Shown here: piece by piece, positions 61,389 through 64,000 of the stretch
How positions within the stretch are numbered: the stretch's first letter is position 1
How the letters are laid out: each line of letters begins with the position of its first letter
DNA from: Takakia lepidozioides
Lineage: Eukaryota; Plantae; Bryophyta
NCBI GenBank assembly: GCA_030704615.1
Contig: CM060732.1
Location: 53,196,001 to 53,260,000 of the forward strand
Length of the DNA stretch: 64,000 bases
Reading direction: 5' to 3'
Position numbers and translations under genes: made by a program
The notes under the pieces: model-generated
Database searches by the model: none
The model's input: the letters and a program-made list of their open reading frames with translations, nothing else
Told to the model about the DNA's origin: nothing

Positions 61389-64000
61389 GAATGTACAACT
61401 GATTATATAGAAAGGGCTTATAATTTCATGTAAGATCCCCTTACGCATGAAACAACCTGAGATTGATGGGGGTGAACGAGGAACCAACATATACCAAGGA
61501 TAATATCAGCTAGACTTTCTTTCCGACCTTGAGAAGGAAGGAATACTCTTGCCTTAAGCAAACATAACTAATTATGGTGCCACCCCAAATGATACCGCCT
61601 TCTGTTTGGAAGGTGGATAGCGGATACCTGTTGCGCGGTTATTTGATTTTTCTGATACAAAGGAGTAATTGTTTCTGGTTTTCTTACACACACTTTGAAG
61701 GGGAAATACTTATTAACCCATCATCAAAGCTTACGGATTTACAATGGATGATGCTGAATTTCTTTGGGGCGGTAGGTGGAGTACTCATTCACGTTGACAT
61801 ACTGTTCATTTTACTGAGTTGAGAATATTATCCAAAGGAAGGCAGGCAGCCTTGTGAACTTATTGGCTCCTCCGTGGACGACAAGGCTACGCATCAATGC
61901 CAAAATCAGTTTGATCATGTTCTGAAACATCACCTCTTTGATTGTAAAAAAAACGATAGTTGTTAAAGCGACCATGGAAGGGGATGAAAGTTTATACAAA
62001 AGTGACATGAGTGCCAACTTTTATGAGTAATTATGGATGAAAGTAGATTTCACAATTGACAAATGAGAAGCCATTATGCAACGAGCTGCTTGTTAATCTA
62101 GGGAGGGAAACAATAAAACCCTCAAGAAAGTCAACTGGTTTTCTTAATTTCTTGGCTGAGGAGACTTTTCCAGTTCTTGAAATTGGGCAACTTCATTGTC
62201 CCGGTTACGACTCTTACAAGGTGTCCACCATCAAAACAAAAAGCACTAGCCAAGGGTTGGGGGCAAGATTGGGTGTTTCAATATGAACGTCATCGGGCAG
62301 TTTTTCAATGATTGTGCATCATGTTATCTATTCAAAATAATTCGTATTTGTCTTAAAACCATCATTTGTAAAAAATTATGCAATGTTTCAACGGGTGAAA
62401 ATAATTTGAGAATTTATCAATTTTTGACCGAGCTATGGACTTTTTTATATACAAAAAACTCCGTGTTTTTCACTAGTCCATAGCATATTGTTTTTTGGGG
62501 TATCATCTTTTACTAAAAAGATATTATACAAACCTGTGATCTAGGATGGCAGGCTAGATGGTATATGGATAAATGGTTGTAAACTCTTAGTTTTGACGTC
62601 TATAATATTTTTCAAATTAAAGATTAAAATTTTAGTAAATAATATATATAATTTTTGGGGTGGAACCCTTTACTAAAGATGTTAAGTATACTAGGGTAGA
62701 GGTATTCTTCATGGCGCAAGAAAATGGGTAAATATAATAATTTTTTGTGCTTTTAACCTATGAGATCATGTAATACCTTAACAGAAAGCTCTTAAGATAA
62801 GACAACTTTTCTTAGTTGAAAGTTAAACGAGATTCTGACTTTATCTGCCATTAAAAGTGGATAGAAGTAGCGGATGTCAATGTGAGCATGTGGCGCACCT
62901 TATTCCTATCATGACTCATTCATATCTCATTCATATCTTTTCTACCCGAGATGGTAACCAAAATTAAAAACCAAAAATACCATTGGAAAGTGCTTAAAGT
63001 GGCCATCTTTTTGTAGTTGGAGCAAATTTCATGAGAGGACATCTTCCTATAGCAATTTAAGGGTAAAACAAGTGCCCCATCATGGCATACAAGATATATT
63101 GCTCGTTTGGTACCTTGGACTTTAACCATTTTAACCATTTTAAGAAATAAAGATATCATTGGAAAGCTCTTGATGAGCCCCAACATTTTGTAGTTGGAAC
63201 AATTTTCAGTAAAGTTCATCTACCTTGGATAATTTGAGTGTAAAGTGATGGATTAAATGGTGTATTGTAGTTCATTCATCTTTGGGTAAGCTTTCTGGCC
63301 TATCATGGCGCACCCCACCGTGACACGTTCCAAAAATGGGCATACTTTCTTGCATATGGGCGTACTTTTGAGCGCCACTATGGGGCACATGTGCCATGAA
63401 CAATGCTTCTACCCTATTATCTAGTTTCCTAAAACACAAATTGAGAATACATATTTAAAAAAAAATCATGGACTTTCATGGACTTGTCAAGTTAAATTAA
63501 ACATAGTGTGAAAATAACTAGAATAAATCTAGTTACTTATATTTAACACTTGGAATTAATTCAAGTGTTAAACCAGATATCAAGATCTAAACTTGATATC
63601 TGAAAGATCTTATTTCTCTCTCGTCGATCGTGCAGCTCATCTCTCTTGAGTTGAGCCTACACGACCGCGAGTGCACCGATGAGAGTAGGATGTTGTGGGG
63701 TGGAGTCCCCATAGCTTGGGGTGTCCTTGGCTCGACCCGTTTTAATGAGTGATTATATTTTGTGTCTGTTTGTCATGATAGTGTGAGTTTAGTTTTCAAT
63801 CATTGTGGCATACTGGTTTATGTGTATGTATGTGTTATGTGGTTTGGACAACGATGTAGTTGTGTAGCGATATGTATGCGCACGACAAACGTTATTATCT
63901 CCTATTTTTGAGACACCCTTGCACTTATCTCCTTTGGGATGAAGTCGTGTATATATATATATATAACGTCTGAAGTTAGCATAAGTAAGATCCTCTTCCC

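Noticed and set aside
61400-63970. Possible decayed transposase or LTR sequence
   Set aside because: No recognisable domain or defined termini could be established by eye.

Overview
Eukaryotic nuclear DNA from a land plant, most likely a seed-free lineage. This is inferred from the PLS-DYW PPR genes, the Tcn1/Tf1-like gypsy element and the TE-filled introns. From left to right the window holds: (1) the 5' part of a minus-strand, multi-exon TFIIIC B-block-binding subunit gene (GTF3C1), whose introns are packed with an RTE-like LINE family and its 3'-end fragments; (2) a single-exon F-box gene; (3) a minus-strand PLS-PPR gene with a decayed E/DYW tail; (4) a ~12 kb nest of transposons (subrepeat-rich element, SWIM-finger TIR element, telomere-capped foldback, self-priming gypsy); (5) an intact PLS-PPR-DYW editing factor head-to-head with NBS1; (6) a secreted multi-peptide precursor; (7) a repeat-rich tail with a hAT MITE. 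Main discovery: both PPR genes carry upstream spliced exons encoding the PDF motif of plant organellar ssDNA-binding (OSB) proteins, and the first also has OSB OB-fold exons. This points to an ancestral OSB(OB+PDF)-PPR-DYW chimera, an ssDNA-binding module fused to an RNA-editing deaminase, whose two paralogs have decayed at complementary ends. Exon coordinates were derived by hand from splice signals and reading frame; no database searches were run.
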